A DNA stretch of 44,764 bases from a virus, in IMG/VR virus record IMGVR_UViG_3300045988_107297. The stretch is one strand, 5' to 3'. Within the stretch, counting starts at the first letter, position 1, and each line of letters begins with the position of its first letter. The notes beneath the pieces were generated by a model that did not search any database, was not told the origin of the DNA, and worked only from the letters and a program-made list of their open reading frames with translations. Shown here piece by piece: positions 25,409 to 32,793 of this stretch. The position numbers were made by a program, and so were the translations under genes.

Positions 25409-25578
25409 AGCCGGGCTTTTGGGTGAGCTGGCGGCACCTGGGCAGCCTCAAAAAGGCCCGTTTTGATACCGCCGAAGAGAGAGCCGCCTTTGTGCGCACG
25501 TGGCTTAGAGACGGCAAACCGGCCCTATGGGAGACCAACTCACGAGGACAAAGGATTATCAGGAGGGCAAGAAAATGA
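25405..25578 (+). CDS. 57-aa hypothetical protein
   Basis: ATGA overlaps at both ends indicate translational coupling. Confidence 0.5.
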   Translation: MKPGFWVSWRHLGSLKKARFDTAEERAAFVRTWLRDGKPALWETNSRGQRIIRRARK

Positions 25579-26267
25579 AGGTGCTTGTCGCATGTGAGGA
25601 ATCGCAAACGGTGTGCAAAGCCTTCCGGGAGCGCGGACACGAGGCTTATAGCTGCGACATTCAGCCGCCGTCTGGCGGCCACCCAGAGTGGCATGTACAG
25701 GGCGATGCGCTTAAAATGTTACGAGGGGGTGAGTTTGAGACGATGGACGGACAAAAGCACTTTGTGGATGAGTGGGATTTGCTGATCGCGCACCCACCCT
25801 GCACATATTTGGCTGTTTCTGGGAATCGCTGGTTTAATGTTGGCCGATACGGCGAAAAAGCGCAGCAAAGGAACATAGCGAGAGCCGCTGCCGCAAAGTT
25901 TTTTATGGAGTTTGCGACGGCAAATGTAGACAAGATTGCAATTGAAAACCCGGTTGGGTACATGTCCACGCACTTCAGGAAACCCGATTGTATCATCCAG
26001 CCGTATGAGTTTGGGCATAATGCCCGAAAAAAAACGTGTTTATGGCTGAAAAACCTGCCGCAGCTAAGGCCCACAAGCATAGTCAGTGAAGGGACAATCT
26101 TGCCAGGAGGGTATAGTGTTGGGGCACATGCCAATTATGCCACCGACGAAAACGGGAAGGCTTTAAGATGGAACGACCCGCGAACGCAAAAAGCCAGAAG
26201 TAAAACATTCTCTGGCATTGCCGCCGCTATGGCGGAGCAATGGGGAGCATTGGACAAGGAGGACTAA
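25575..26267 (+). CDS. putative DNA (cytosine-5) methyltransferase-like protein
   Basis: MKVLVACEESQ...GHEAYSCD...WDLLIAHPPCTYLAVSG. The PC dipeptide resembles C5-MTase motif IV. This family is common in phages. Confidence 0.5.
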   Translation: MKVLVACEESQTVCKAFRERGHEAYSCDIQPPSGGHPEWHVQGDALKMLRGGEFETMDGQKHFVDEWDLLIAHPPCTYLAVSGNRWFNVGRYGEKAQQRNIARAAAAKFFMEFATANVDKIAIENPVGYMSTHFRKPDCIIQPYEFGHNARKKTCLWLKNLPQLRPTSIVSEGTILPGGYSVGAHANYATDENGKALRWNDPRTQKARSKTFSGIAAAMAEQWGALDKED

Positions 26268-26609
26268 ATGGCAAAATACGTTGACGCACAGGCCCTGCGG
26301 GACTGGCTGAAGCACATCCCGCTAAAAGACTTATCCGATGGACAGGGGCTGTGCCGGGTTATCATGGAGGATGACTTCAAAGCGGCGATTAGGTCCCTGC
26401 CCGAAAGTGCGGTCGCGGACATGGTTCCGGTGGTGCGCTGCAAGGATTGCAGGTATAGCCGCCCGAGAATAGCAGTCGAAAAAGAAGTTTTACGCGAAAA
26501 CGTGGTAATTTGCACAGCCATTAGCAGTGAATATATTACTAAGTGGGAGGATGATTTTTGCAGCGAAGGTGTACGCAAGGAGGCATCTAATGGCGGCGAT
26601 GCTGATTAA
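26268..26609 (+). CDS. hypothetical Cys-rich protein, paralogue of 26723..26992
   Basis: Shared pattern: DAxALxxxL ... RCKDCRY ... DDFCSEGVRKE. Confidence 0.6.
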   Translation: MAKYVDAQALRDWLKHIPLKDLSDGQGLCRVIMEDDFKAAIRSLPESAVADMVPVVRCKDCRYSRPRIAVEKEVLRENVVICTAISSEYITKWEDDFCSEGVRKEASNGGDAD

Positions 26610-26736
26610 AGCTCTGACGGCGCTTGTGGTGCTGATTGTGGTGCCGATTGCACTGCTGGAATTATGTATTATTGTTGCAGGCTTGTGGACGCTGTTCCAC
26701 TGGCCGAAAGGAGGATGGAAAGATGCGAACGATTGA
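26590..26736 (+). CDS. 48-aa membrane peptide
   Basis: RBS AAGGAGG before ATG 26590. Translation begins MAAMLIKALTALVVLIVVPIALLELCIIVAGLWTLFHW. Confidence 0.5.
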   Translation: MAAMLIKALTALVVLIVVPIALLELCIIVAGLWTLFHWPKGGWKDAND

Positions 26737-26992
26737 TGCTGATGCGTTGATGAATGAGCTGATACGCCTTGGGTATGCGTATAGCGAAAAAGAACAGCGG
26801 GCCGTGGTTGCGGATTGTATCGAATGCGTGGAGGAAGCGCACACTGTTAAGGCTGAGGAAGCGACACGGTGCAGGGATTGCGTCAATTGCCAAAATCCTG
26901 TGCATAATTGGTGGTATTGCAAAATGACTGGCCTGACTGTAAGCCCTGATGGATTTTGCAGCGATGGAGAAAGGAAAGAAGAAAATGGATGA
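26723..26992 (+). CDS. hypothetical Cys-rich protein, paralogue of 26268..26609
   Basis: RBS GAAAGGAGGATGG. The sequence contains RCRDCVNC...PDGFCSDGERKE. Confidence 0.6.
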   Translation: MRTIDADALMNELIRLGYAYSEKEQRAVVADCIECVEEAHTVKAEEATRCRDCVNCQNPVHNWWYCKMTGLTVSPDGFCSDGERKEENG

Positions 26993-27179
26993 GCTGAAGA
27001 AATACCCGTTTTGCGGCGGAAAAGCTGCCGTGTTTGTGCACAACGGCGTGAAGGTTTTGTGCCTCACCTGTGGCGCGCAGACCGATTCCCACATTGATTT
27101 TATGATGCGGCCCGGCCATAGCTCCAACGCCGTGCAGCAGGTCGTGGACGCATGGAACAGGAGGACTGACAATGGCTAA
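26985..27179 (+). CDS. Lar-family restriction alleviation-like zinc-ribbon protein
   Basis: YPFCGGKAAV...CLTCGAQ...VVDAWNRR matches the Lar_restr_allev pattern. Confidence 0.55.
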   Translation: MDELKKYPFCGGKAAVFVHNGVKVLCLTCGAQTDSHIDFMMRPGHSSNAVQQVVDAWNRRTDNG

Positions 27180-27810
27180 AGCGGTACTTATCAGCATCCG
27201 CCCGGAGTGGGTGGAGAAGATTGCCAACGAGTGGAAGACAATCGAGGTTCGCAAGACAAAGCCATATTTGGAAACGCCTTTCAAGTGCTATATATACTGC
27301 ACAAACACAAGGCCGTTCCTTGTGTGGGGTGATGTTTTCCGGGGCGATTGGTTTACGGAGTTTACCCATCTTTCGGGGTATGGCAGAGCAGAAGCAGATA
27401 AAATCTGGGACGTTTTCAACGGGCATGTTGTTGGGGAGTTTGTGTGTGACAAGATCACATGGCTAACTCACATCGGTTTTTCCGGGTTGCCTGGGATTCG
27501 GCTAGCCGCGATGAAAAACGGGCACACGATAGATGATTCCTTTGACTTTTCCAAAAGCTGCCTAACAACGCCCCAAATTGAAAAATACCTGGGCGGTAAG
27601 GATGGGTACGCTTGGCACATTTCCAAGCTGGAAATCTACGATGACCCGAAACAGCTCAACCGGTTCAAACCGTGGATCCGGGAATGCAAATACAACGACT
27701 TGGGTTTTGCAATTCCAAATTGCGGGACGTGCCAAGATTGCATTGTAAAAAAACCGCCCCAGAGTTGGTGCTATGTGGAGGAATTAAAACCGGAGGGTGC
27801 GGGACGATGA
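27172..27810 (+). CDS. ASCH/PUA-like domain protein
   Basis: The N-terminus AVLISIRPEWVEKIANEWKTIEVRKT is ASCH-like. Confidence 0.5.
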   Translation: MAKAVLISIRPEWVEKIANEWKTIEVRKTKPYLETPFKCYIYCTNTRPFLVWGDVFRGDWFTEFTHLSGYGRAEADKIWDVFNGHVVGEFVCDKITWLTHIGFSGLPGIRLAAMKNGHTIDDSFDFSKSCLTTPQIEKYLGGKDGYAWHISKLEIYDDPKQLNRFKPWIRECKYNDLGFAIPNCGTCQDCIVKKPPQSWCYVEELKPEGAGR

Positions 27811-27847
27811 ATGATTGCATCAACACAGCTTCGGGAGGAGAAAAGCA

Positions 27848-28303
27848 ATGATTAAAGACAGCGGAGATCGCCGGGAGTACGCAACCGGCGCGGTTAGAGA
27901 CATGGCGGAGGGAAAAGGCCGGTGTGACCTGCTTCCGCTTGATGTTGCGGCCGTGATATTGCAAGATAGTAAGGTCATGGGGCGGATTGCAGAGTTTCAA
28001 AGAAGCGAAAAAGCGTTTTTTTTGTATGAGGCGCTTGACAATTTTTGCGAAAGTTGCGACTGGGATGTTACAACCATGTTGCTGGAAGTCGCAAAGCACA
28101 TGGAAGAGGGCGCCAAGAAGTACGGCGAACGCAACTGGGAAAAGGGGCTGCCGGTCGATTGCTACATTGACAGCGCGGTACGGCACTACCTTAAATGGCG
28201 GCGCGGAGACTGGGACGAGCCGCACGACCGGGCGTTTTGCTGGAATGTGATGTGCTGCATCTGGACAATCATGCACAAGACTGAAAAGGGGTGCGAGCAA
28301 TGA
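27848..28303 (+). CDS. DUF5664 / dATP-dGTP pyrophosphohydrolase-like protein
   Basis: SGDRREYATGAVRD..GKGRCDLLPL...GAKKYGERNWEKGLP...RHYLKW. RBS GGGAGGAG lies before ATG 27848. Confidence 0.55.
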   Translation: MIKDSGDRREYATGAVRDMAEGKGRCDLLPLDVAAVILQDSKVMGRIAEFQRSEKAFFLYEALDNFCESCDWDVTTMLLEVAKHMEEGAKKYGERNWEKGLPVDCYIDSAVRHYLKWRRGDWDEPHDRAFCWNVMCCIWTIMHKTEKGCEQ

Positions 28304-28506
28304 GTGATTACATCACTTTTGCACAACTGGCGGACGCTCTGAGGCGCTGCGGCAGAACACCGACATCATCGGACCCATGCAAAGGCTGCGCTTACAATGA
28401 TGGCACAGTGCGGTGCGTGGCGAAAATGACTTCGCGGGCCGCGCAGGTGATTGAGCTTTTCGCGGCGGATGAGCCGAAGAAGGGAGGTGAGCCTAGTGAC
28501 GTATGA
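28300..28506 (+). CDS. hypothetical protein
   Basis: ATGA overlap, 68 aa. Confidence 0.5.
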   Translation: MSDYITFAQLADALRRCGRTPTSSDPCKGCAYNDGTVRCVAKMTSRAAQVIELFAADEPKKGGEPSDV

Positions 28507-28903
28507 CGAGCGAAAAGCCTGGCTGAGGCGTTACCAGGACGCGCTGGACGACTACCGCATGGCAACCGCCCGGCTGGAAGAGGCCAACACGCAAGCCACG
28601 AAGTGCACGGCCAGCGTGTCCTCTACTCTGGGACGCGGCGGCACAAGCGACCACATCCCGGCGGCCGTGGAGCGGATCGAAGCCATACGCGAGGATGCAA
28701 ACCAGGCCATGGCAGAGGCAAAGGCCGCGCTGGTCGAAATTTCGGCCGCGCTGAAAAAGCTGGAAAGCCGGACAGAGAGGACAGTGCTTGCGTTGCGGTA
28801 CGTGGACGGCTGCACATGGCAGCAGGTGGCGGACAAATGCGGCTATAGCATTGACTGGGTTTATGCACTGCACCGAGCCGCCGTGAAAAATCTGGATAAA
28901 TAA
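28496..28903 (+). CDS. sigma-70 region-4-like late transcription regulator
   Basis: GTG start after AGGGAGGTGA. The C-terminus ERTVLALRYVDGCTWQQVADKCGYSIDWVYALHRAAVKNL is a region-4 HTH. In many Firmicute phages the equivalent gene sits just before terS. Confidence 0.6.
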   Translation: MTYDERKAWLRRYQDALDDYRMATARLEEANTQATKCTASVSSTLGRGGTSDHIPAAVERIEAIREDANQAMAEAKAALVEISAALKKLESRTERTVLALRYVDGCTWQQVADKCGYSIDWVYALHRAAVKNLDK

Positions 28904-28906
28904 AAT

Positions 28907-28946
28907 AAGAGGCCACATCCAAAAGGGTGTGACCTCTTGTTTTTTA
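28907..28946. terminator. bidirectional rho-independent terminator between convergent units
   Basis: AAGAGGCCACATCC (28907-28920) pairs with GGGTGTGACCTCTT (28925-28938), with one mismatch and one G-U pair. T-runs are present on both strands. Confidence 0.75.
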
Positions 28947-28950
28947 TTCG

Positions 28951-29268
28951 TCAAATTAGCCCGAAATGTTCCGCCAACAAAAAGCGGATATAATCCGGAC
29001 AATTCCGCTGTGACCCACACCAGTTTTGCATGGTGCGCAGAGGGATGCAAGCAGCCCGGGCAAAGGCAGATTGGCTCATTCCGGTGGCTTCTGCGAGTTC
29101 CCGCATATTCATGTGCGCAACGTCCCAAAAGCGGGACAGACGTACGACTTCGGCGTCGAGATCAACGCAACCCGGCGCGTCGTCGGGGACGCTCATGGTC
29201 ACATTGTTTTTAAAGACTTCCTTCGGCTGCTCTTGAGCCATTGCAAAGAGTTCTGCTTTGTTCCACAT
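28951..29268 (-). CDS. HTH DNA-binding protein, Aca-like terminal gene of the operon
   Basis: RBS CAGGAGGAAA before ATG 29268. HTH: MRELAEATGMSQSAFARAACIPLRTMQNW. Confidence 0.65.
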   Translation of the reverse strand: MWNKAELFAMAQEQPKEVFKNNVTMSVPDDAPGCVDLDAEVVRLSRFWDVAHMNMRELAEATGMSQSAFARAACIPLRTMQNWCGSQRNCPDYIRFLLAEHFGLI

Positions 29269-29294
29269 TCTTGATTTCCTCCTGTTGATATCTT

Positions 29295-29329
29295 GTTTCA
29301 ATCCACGTCCCCCGCACGGGGGGGACGAC
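29295..29329 (-). repeat. solitary type I-C-like CRISPR repeat unit
   Basis: The minus strand reads GTCGTCCCCCCCGTGCGGGGGACGTGGATTGAAAC. Compare the I-C repeat GTCGCGCCCCGCACGGGCGCGTGGATTGAAAC. There is a single copy, no spacer array and no cas genes. Confidence 0.7.
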
Positions 29330-29332
29330 ACA

Positions 29333-29749
29333 TCACCAGATAGGTGATACTGCCTCGATGGTAAACGGGATGTTTTCCCGCTTACCAGACTTTGTGGGAG
29401 CGGAAACAACGATCGTTTTGATCGCTGCGTCTATTGCGGCCTCAACGCTTCCGGTCACGCGGATTGGGTCGCATGTGATTATTACGAGGTTGGCGTTGCC
29501 GTCACTCGTCCGATAGGCGGAACGAAGATGCCAGCCATCCTTTGTGATGTAGTCCGGCAGCGAAAGCGCAACCCTTTTGTTGTGCGGTGCATCTCCCTGG
29601 AATCCGCACTCCCATTGCCAGCCGGAAGGAACGGGAAGGGCGGTAAACGAAAAGCCGTCCACCTGCGTGAAGCAGGCAGATTCGTCCGGCTCGCGGGTGG
29701 TTGAGCGCCTAACGGCGTATTTTACGGATACAACGACCTCAGTTGTCAT
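29333..29749 (-). CDS. hypothetical protein (138 aa)
   Basis: RBS AAAGGAGGA. No recognisable motif. Confidence 0.6.
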   Translation of the reverse strand: MTTEVVVSVKYAVRRSTTREPDESACFTQVDGFSFTALPVPSGWQWECGFQGDAPHNKRVALSLPDYITKDGWHLRSAYRTSDGNANLVIITCDPIRVTGSVEAAIDAAIKTIVVSAPTKSGKRENIPFTIEAVSPIW

Positions 29750-29827
29750 GGCTATGTCCTCCTTTGGCCTGCCTCATCAGTACCGGGCGGCCATCCCCGG
29801 CAGACGGCCCGAAGGCCGTTTCGGCTG

Positions 29828-30181
29828 TTATGCGGGCATCCCGTCACGCATGGGGATTCGACGGTACCCGGTGAGCTGCCCAACTTCACGGATAAGTGGC
29901 CACATAAACTGTGGGATGTCGGAATACTCCTCATCCTCGTGGAGCATACTGCCGTATGTCGCGTGGTATTCGAGGCCGAAGGCTTCGACCTCCACATAAA
30001 TGCGGCTGCCAAAGTCGCCGCAACTGCAATCGTCAATGGTAACTGTTACGTTACCATTACCCACAACGATTGTGGGCTGGGGGTAGTTGCCGCCGTTGTT
30101 GGCCAGCTCCGGGCGGTTGGGGTCGTAGGTCGCGGCCTCAACATATGATAGGACGCGCAGGGGTTTGCCGGTGAGTTTCAT
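29828..30181 (-). CDS. hypothetical protein (117 aa)
   Basis: RBS GAAGGAGGGA before ATG 30181. Confidence 0.6.
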   Translation of the reverse strand: MKLTGKPLRVLSYVEAATYDPNRPELANNGGNYPQPTIVVGNGNVTVTIDDCSCGDFGSRIYVEVEAFGLEYHATYGSMLHEDEEYSDIPQFMWPLIREVGQLTGYRRIPMRDGMPA

Positions 30182-30204
30182 GGTTATTCCCTCCTTCTTT
30201 GTGT

Positions 30205-30279
30205 ACCCATGAGCGCCCACCCCTTACGGGGTGGCCGGGCTTGCACCGGCGGCGCGTGAGCGTCGGCCTTGCGGGTCAG
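30205..30279 (-). ncRNA. 75-nt structured intercistronic element, copy A
   Basis: About 80% identical to 32246..32320. Three hairpins are preserved by compensatory changes. The strand assignment is assumed from the operon direction. Confidence 0.5.
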
Positions 30280-30620
30280 TTTTCGCGGAAGGTGGTGGTT
30301 ACATCGGGCTCAGGGAGTTCGTCGGGCGTTACTCTCCCGAGCCACAGCTCTGTGGTCTTGGGCTCGTCGGTCTCGGGGTCGTAGCCCACAAGCCCATCAG
30401 AGCCGCGCGCCGTGATGCTCAACACGGCGCCGACCTTCCCTGCGAAGATTTCCTTGCGGTACTCAAGGACAACCTTGCTGAGGCTGTAACCCGCCACGTT
30501 GCCGATTCGAGCGCGCTTTGCGATACGCTCGAAGTTCTGTTCCACCGCCTTGACAACGGTTTCGCCAGAAATTACGTAATCCGAGTAATAGTCCCAAAAA
30601 TGGACGCTGTACTTCTTCAT
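30276..30620 (-). CDS. hypothetical protein (114 aa)
   Basis: RBS AAAGGAGAAA before ATG 30620. The stop codon lies inside element A. Confidence 0.6.
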   Translation of the reverse strand: MKKYSVHFWDYYSDYVISGETVVKAVEQNFERIAKRARIGNVAGYSLSKVVLEYRKEIFAGKVGAVLSITARGSDGLVGYDPETDEPKTTELWLGRVTPDELPEPDVTTTFREN

Positions 30621-30634
30621 TGCTTTTTCTCCTT

Positions 30635-30838
30635 TCACATGAGTACCCAGGGACCGCGACGGAATGCCGACACGGACGGGGTGCCGATGTCCCAGCCGCC
30701 GCCGTACTTCTTCGATGCCGGCTTGTAGGGGTAAGCGGGTTCTGTGCCGCCGTTCTTCGTGCCGCGCAGGATACGTCCATTCTCCACGTACACATCTGCG
30801 CCGCAAATGCGGTGCCAGCCGTCTTTAATCTTCGTCAT
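30635..30838 (-). CDS. hypothetical protein (67 aa)
   Basis: RBS GCAGGAGGA. It is the first gene after promoter 30883-30911. Confidence 0.6.
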   Translation of the reverse strand: MTKIKDGWHRICGADVYVENGRILRGTKNGGTEPAYPYKPASKKYGGGWDIGTPSVSAFRRGPWVLM

Positions 30839-30882
30839 TGCTTTGTCCTCCTGCTTTTTCGTTTTGCTTCCTCGCTGTCTAC

Positions 30883-30911
30883 ACTATACCACTCATTGGG
30901 TGGTGGTGCAA
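30883..30911 (-). promoter_or_regulatory. sigma-70-type promoter TTGCAC-17 nt-TATAGT with TG extension
   Basis: The minus strand reads TTGCAC caccacccaatgagTGg TATAGT. On the plus strand, ACTATA lies at 30883-30888 and GTGCAA at 30906-30911. Confidence 0.6.
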
Positions 30912-30948
30912 TTCGCAATTTGCCTAAATTTTGAGATTCTTTTTTGTG

Positions 30949-30972
30949 CAGCCGTTGCAAATGCAACAGCTG
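30949..30972. promoter_or_regulatory. near-perfect 24-bp palindrome upstream of the promoter (candidate operator)
   Basis: The sequence is CAGCCGTTGCAA/ATGCAACAGCTG. The perfect core GTTGCA-AA-TGCAAC lies at 30954-30967. Confidence 0.5.
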
Positions 30973-31064
30973 GAAACAGCTACCCACACTACAAAAACGC
31001 ACGTGAATGTGATATATTTATGGTGTGAGGATAGGGAGAGGCGAAAGCCCCTCCCCTATTTGCA

Positions 31065-31964
31065 TCACAGGTCGAGCGCTGAAATCTCATCCAGAGCCCG
31101 GCGGGCGGCGCGCTTGCCGTTGTCGGTGAGCTGGCGCTGCCATGCCTGGTTGCGGGGGGACCAGCGGAAAGCCCACTTTTTGAGGATGGCGCGGACCTCT
31201 TCGGCGGGTTTGCCGTCAAAAATCAGCTGTACCCGCATTTGCTCGGGGTCCTCGCGGTAGGTGATGCCGTCGTGGTCCACTTCGGCGGGGGCGGCTTCCT
31301 GGGCGGCCTGCAGGCTCTTCAGCCGCTGCTCAACGCGTTTTGCGTTGGCGAGCGAGTTTGTCAGTACATAGGACGGGTAAGGGGTACCGACGTACCAGCC
31401 ACGCGCCCACATGGCCTCAATCCCATTCTGGGCGGCCGGGGTCAGCTCCGGGCACCCGTCCAGGGTACCGTTCTTCCGATAGTAGGCATTCACGGCCTTC
31501 ATCGCGGCGTGCTCCGCCTTCAGGCCCTCCAGCTTTGCGGTCAGGGCCTCGATCGCCTCGGGGTCGTTGCTCTTGATGGGCTGGGTGTGGGCGGTGCGGA
31601 GTAACTGCAAGTAGTGCTCTGCCCGGTTAAAGGTCTCCCGGTTAGCGTCCCACGCGGCCACCTGCTTGGCCTTCTTCGCGGTCGGGAAATTGCCAGCGCC
31701 GGAGATCATGACGGACGGGCACCGGGTGCCGATCTCGTTGTCACGGTTGATGGCCTCCGCCAGGGTTGCGGCGTACCGGTCAAGCAGGTATTCGGCGCGG
31801 TCTCGCTGCGCCTCGGTGGCGCACTTGGCTTTGACGGTCTCCAGGATTCGCGCGGCCTCGTCCACCTGGGCGGTGTAGCTGGCGGTTGCGCTCCCGGGCT
31901 GGTAGTCGCTAAAGCTGCGCATCTCATGCGCCCGGCGGGCGGTGTCCTCGTTGATAGTGTACAT
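31065..31964 (-). CDS. DUF3560-like protein (299 aa)
   Basis: The C-terminus LIFDGKPAEEVRAILKKWAFRWSPRNQAWQRQL resembles the DUF3560 module seen in conjugative elements and polyvalent proteins. Confidence 0.55.
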   Translation of the reverse strand: MYTINEDTARRAHEMRSFSDYQPGSATASYTAQVDEAARILETVKAKCATEAQRDRAEYLLDRYAATLAEAINRDNEIGTRCPSVMISGAGNFPTAKKAKQVAAWDANRETFNRAEHYLQLLRTAHTQPIKSNDPEAIEALTAKLEGLKAEHAAMKAVNAYYRKNGTLDGCPELTPAAQNGIEAMWARGWYVGTPYPSYVLTNSLANAKRVEQRLKSLQAAQEAAPAEVDHDGITYREDPEQMRVQLIFDGKPAEEVRAILKKWAFRWSPRNQAWQRQLTDNGKRAARRALDEISALDL

Positions 31965-31991
31965 GGTGTCTCCTCCTTGTGATGGGCCGCC

Positions 31992-32210
31992 TTAGCGGCT
32001 TAGCTGGGTGTAGGTCGTGCCGTCCGCGGGCCAGCCGTTAGCGGCCGCGAAGGTGTCAAGGTCGCGGTAGCCGTCGATGGCTCCGATATACTCTCCGTTG
32101 CGCTCGACGATGTAGCAGATACCCTCGTCGGTGACTACGTAGGTGGAGCCGCCATGCGTCCAGCTGGCGGCGCACGGAAAGCGGCGGGACATGGCGCTAG
32201 ATAGCTTCAT
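31992..32210 (-). CDS. hypothetical protein (72 aa)
   Basis: RBS CAAGGAGG before ATG 32210. It lies directly downstream of element B. Confidence 0.55.
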   Translation of the reverse strand: MKLSSAMSRRFPCAASWTHGGSTYVVTDEGICYIVERNGEYIGAIDGYRDLDTFAAANGWPADGTTYTQLSR

Positions 32211-32245
32211 GGTGTAGCCTCCTTGTAGATGTGCTAGGGCTTTCA

Positions 32246-32320
32246 ACCCATGAGCGCCCGCCCATCTGGGCGGCTGGACTTGCACCAGCGGCGGCGGATG
32301 CCGTCGGCCTTGCGGGTCAG
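32246..32320 (-). ncRNA. 75-nt structured intercistronic element, copy B
   Basis: Paralogue of 30205..30279, with the same length and the same position relative to the flanking ORFs. Confidence 0.5.
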
Positions 32321-32409
32321 ATCATGCCCAGGCAGTGCAGCCATAGCATGGGGAGCGATACGCCCCAGCCAAAGCCCAAAGCCAGGCACTCCATGCGGGT
32401 GAGTCTCAT
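32317..32409 (-). CDS. 30-aa hydrophobic peptide
   Basis: AGAGGGAGG lies 7 nt upstream. ATGA overlaps the upstream stop. Translation: MRLTRMECLALGFGWGVSLPMLWLHCLGMI. The stop codon lies inside element B. Confidence 0.4.
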   Translation of the reverse strand: MRLTRMECLALGFGWGVSLPMLWLHCLGMI

Positions 32410-32744
32410 GCTCTCGCCTCCCTCTGCCGGAGGGGCTGGAAAGAGTGGCTGCAGGGGCCTAGGGTGATGCAGTACTCGCGGCGCTTGGCGTCCGACCATG
32501 TGCGCCGGATAGCTGCCAGCAGCTCGACACTCCGGTCGGGGTCTGTGGCCGCGATGCCGACCGGCACGAGATGCGTGCCGCAGTTGCGGGTGATCCATAT
32601 GTACTGACCATAGCGGCCGGTTTCGACGGCCTCGGTCAGCTGGGCGCGGTCGATCTCAAAGTCGGTGGCGTAGTGCTTGACCTCGCGGGATACGTGCCAC
32701 GCCATCTTTTTGATGAGCTCATCGGTGGTAAGTGCTTTGCTCAT
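32406..32744 (-). CDS. hypothetical protein (112 aa)
   Basis: RBS TAAGGAGGA. It is the first gene of the upper reverse operon. Confidence 0.6.
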   Translation of the reverse strand: MSKALTTDELIKKMAWHVSREVKHYATDFEIDRAQLTEAVETGRYGQYIWITRNCGTHLVPVGIAATDPDRSVELLAAIRRTWSDAKRREYCITLGPCSHSFQPLRQREARA

Positions 32745-32793
32745 GTCGTCCTCCTTACTCTTCTGCTCGCGGCCCTGTGCCGCTTGCTGTGAC

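Noticed and set aside
29200-29420. A CRISPR array around the I-C-like repeat
   Set aside because: Only one repeat unit exists. The flanks are the 3' end of a coding ORF and an RBS/start codon. No second repeat lies within a spacer length, and GTGGATTGAAAC does not recur anywhere in the window.
30205-30279. The 75-nt elements as tRNA genes (their length and four-way junction suggested a cloverleaf)
   Set aside because: There is no 7-bp acceptor stem (4 bp only), no GTTCRANY T-loop and no U33/purine-37 anticodon-loop pattern on either strand. They are kept as an unknown structured element instead.
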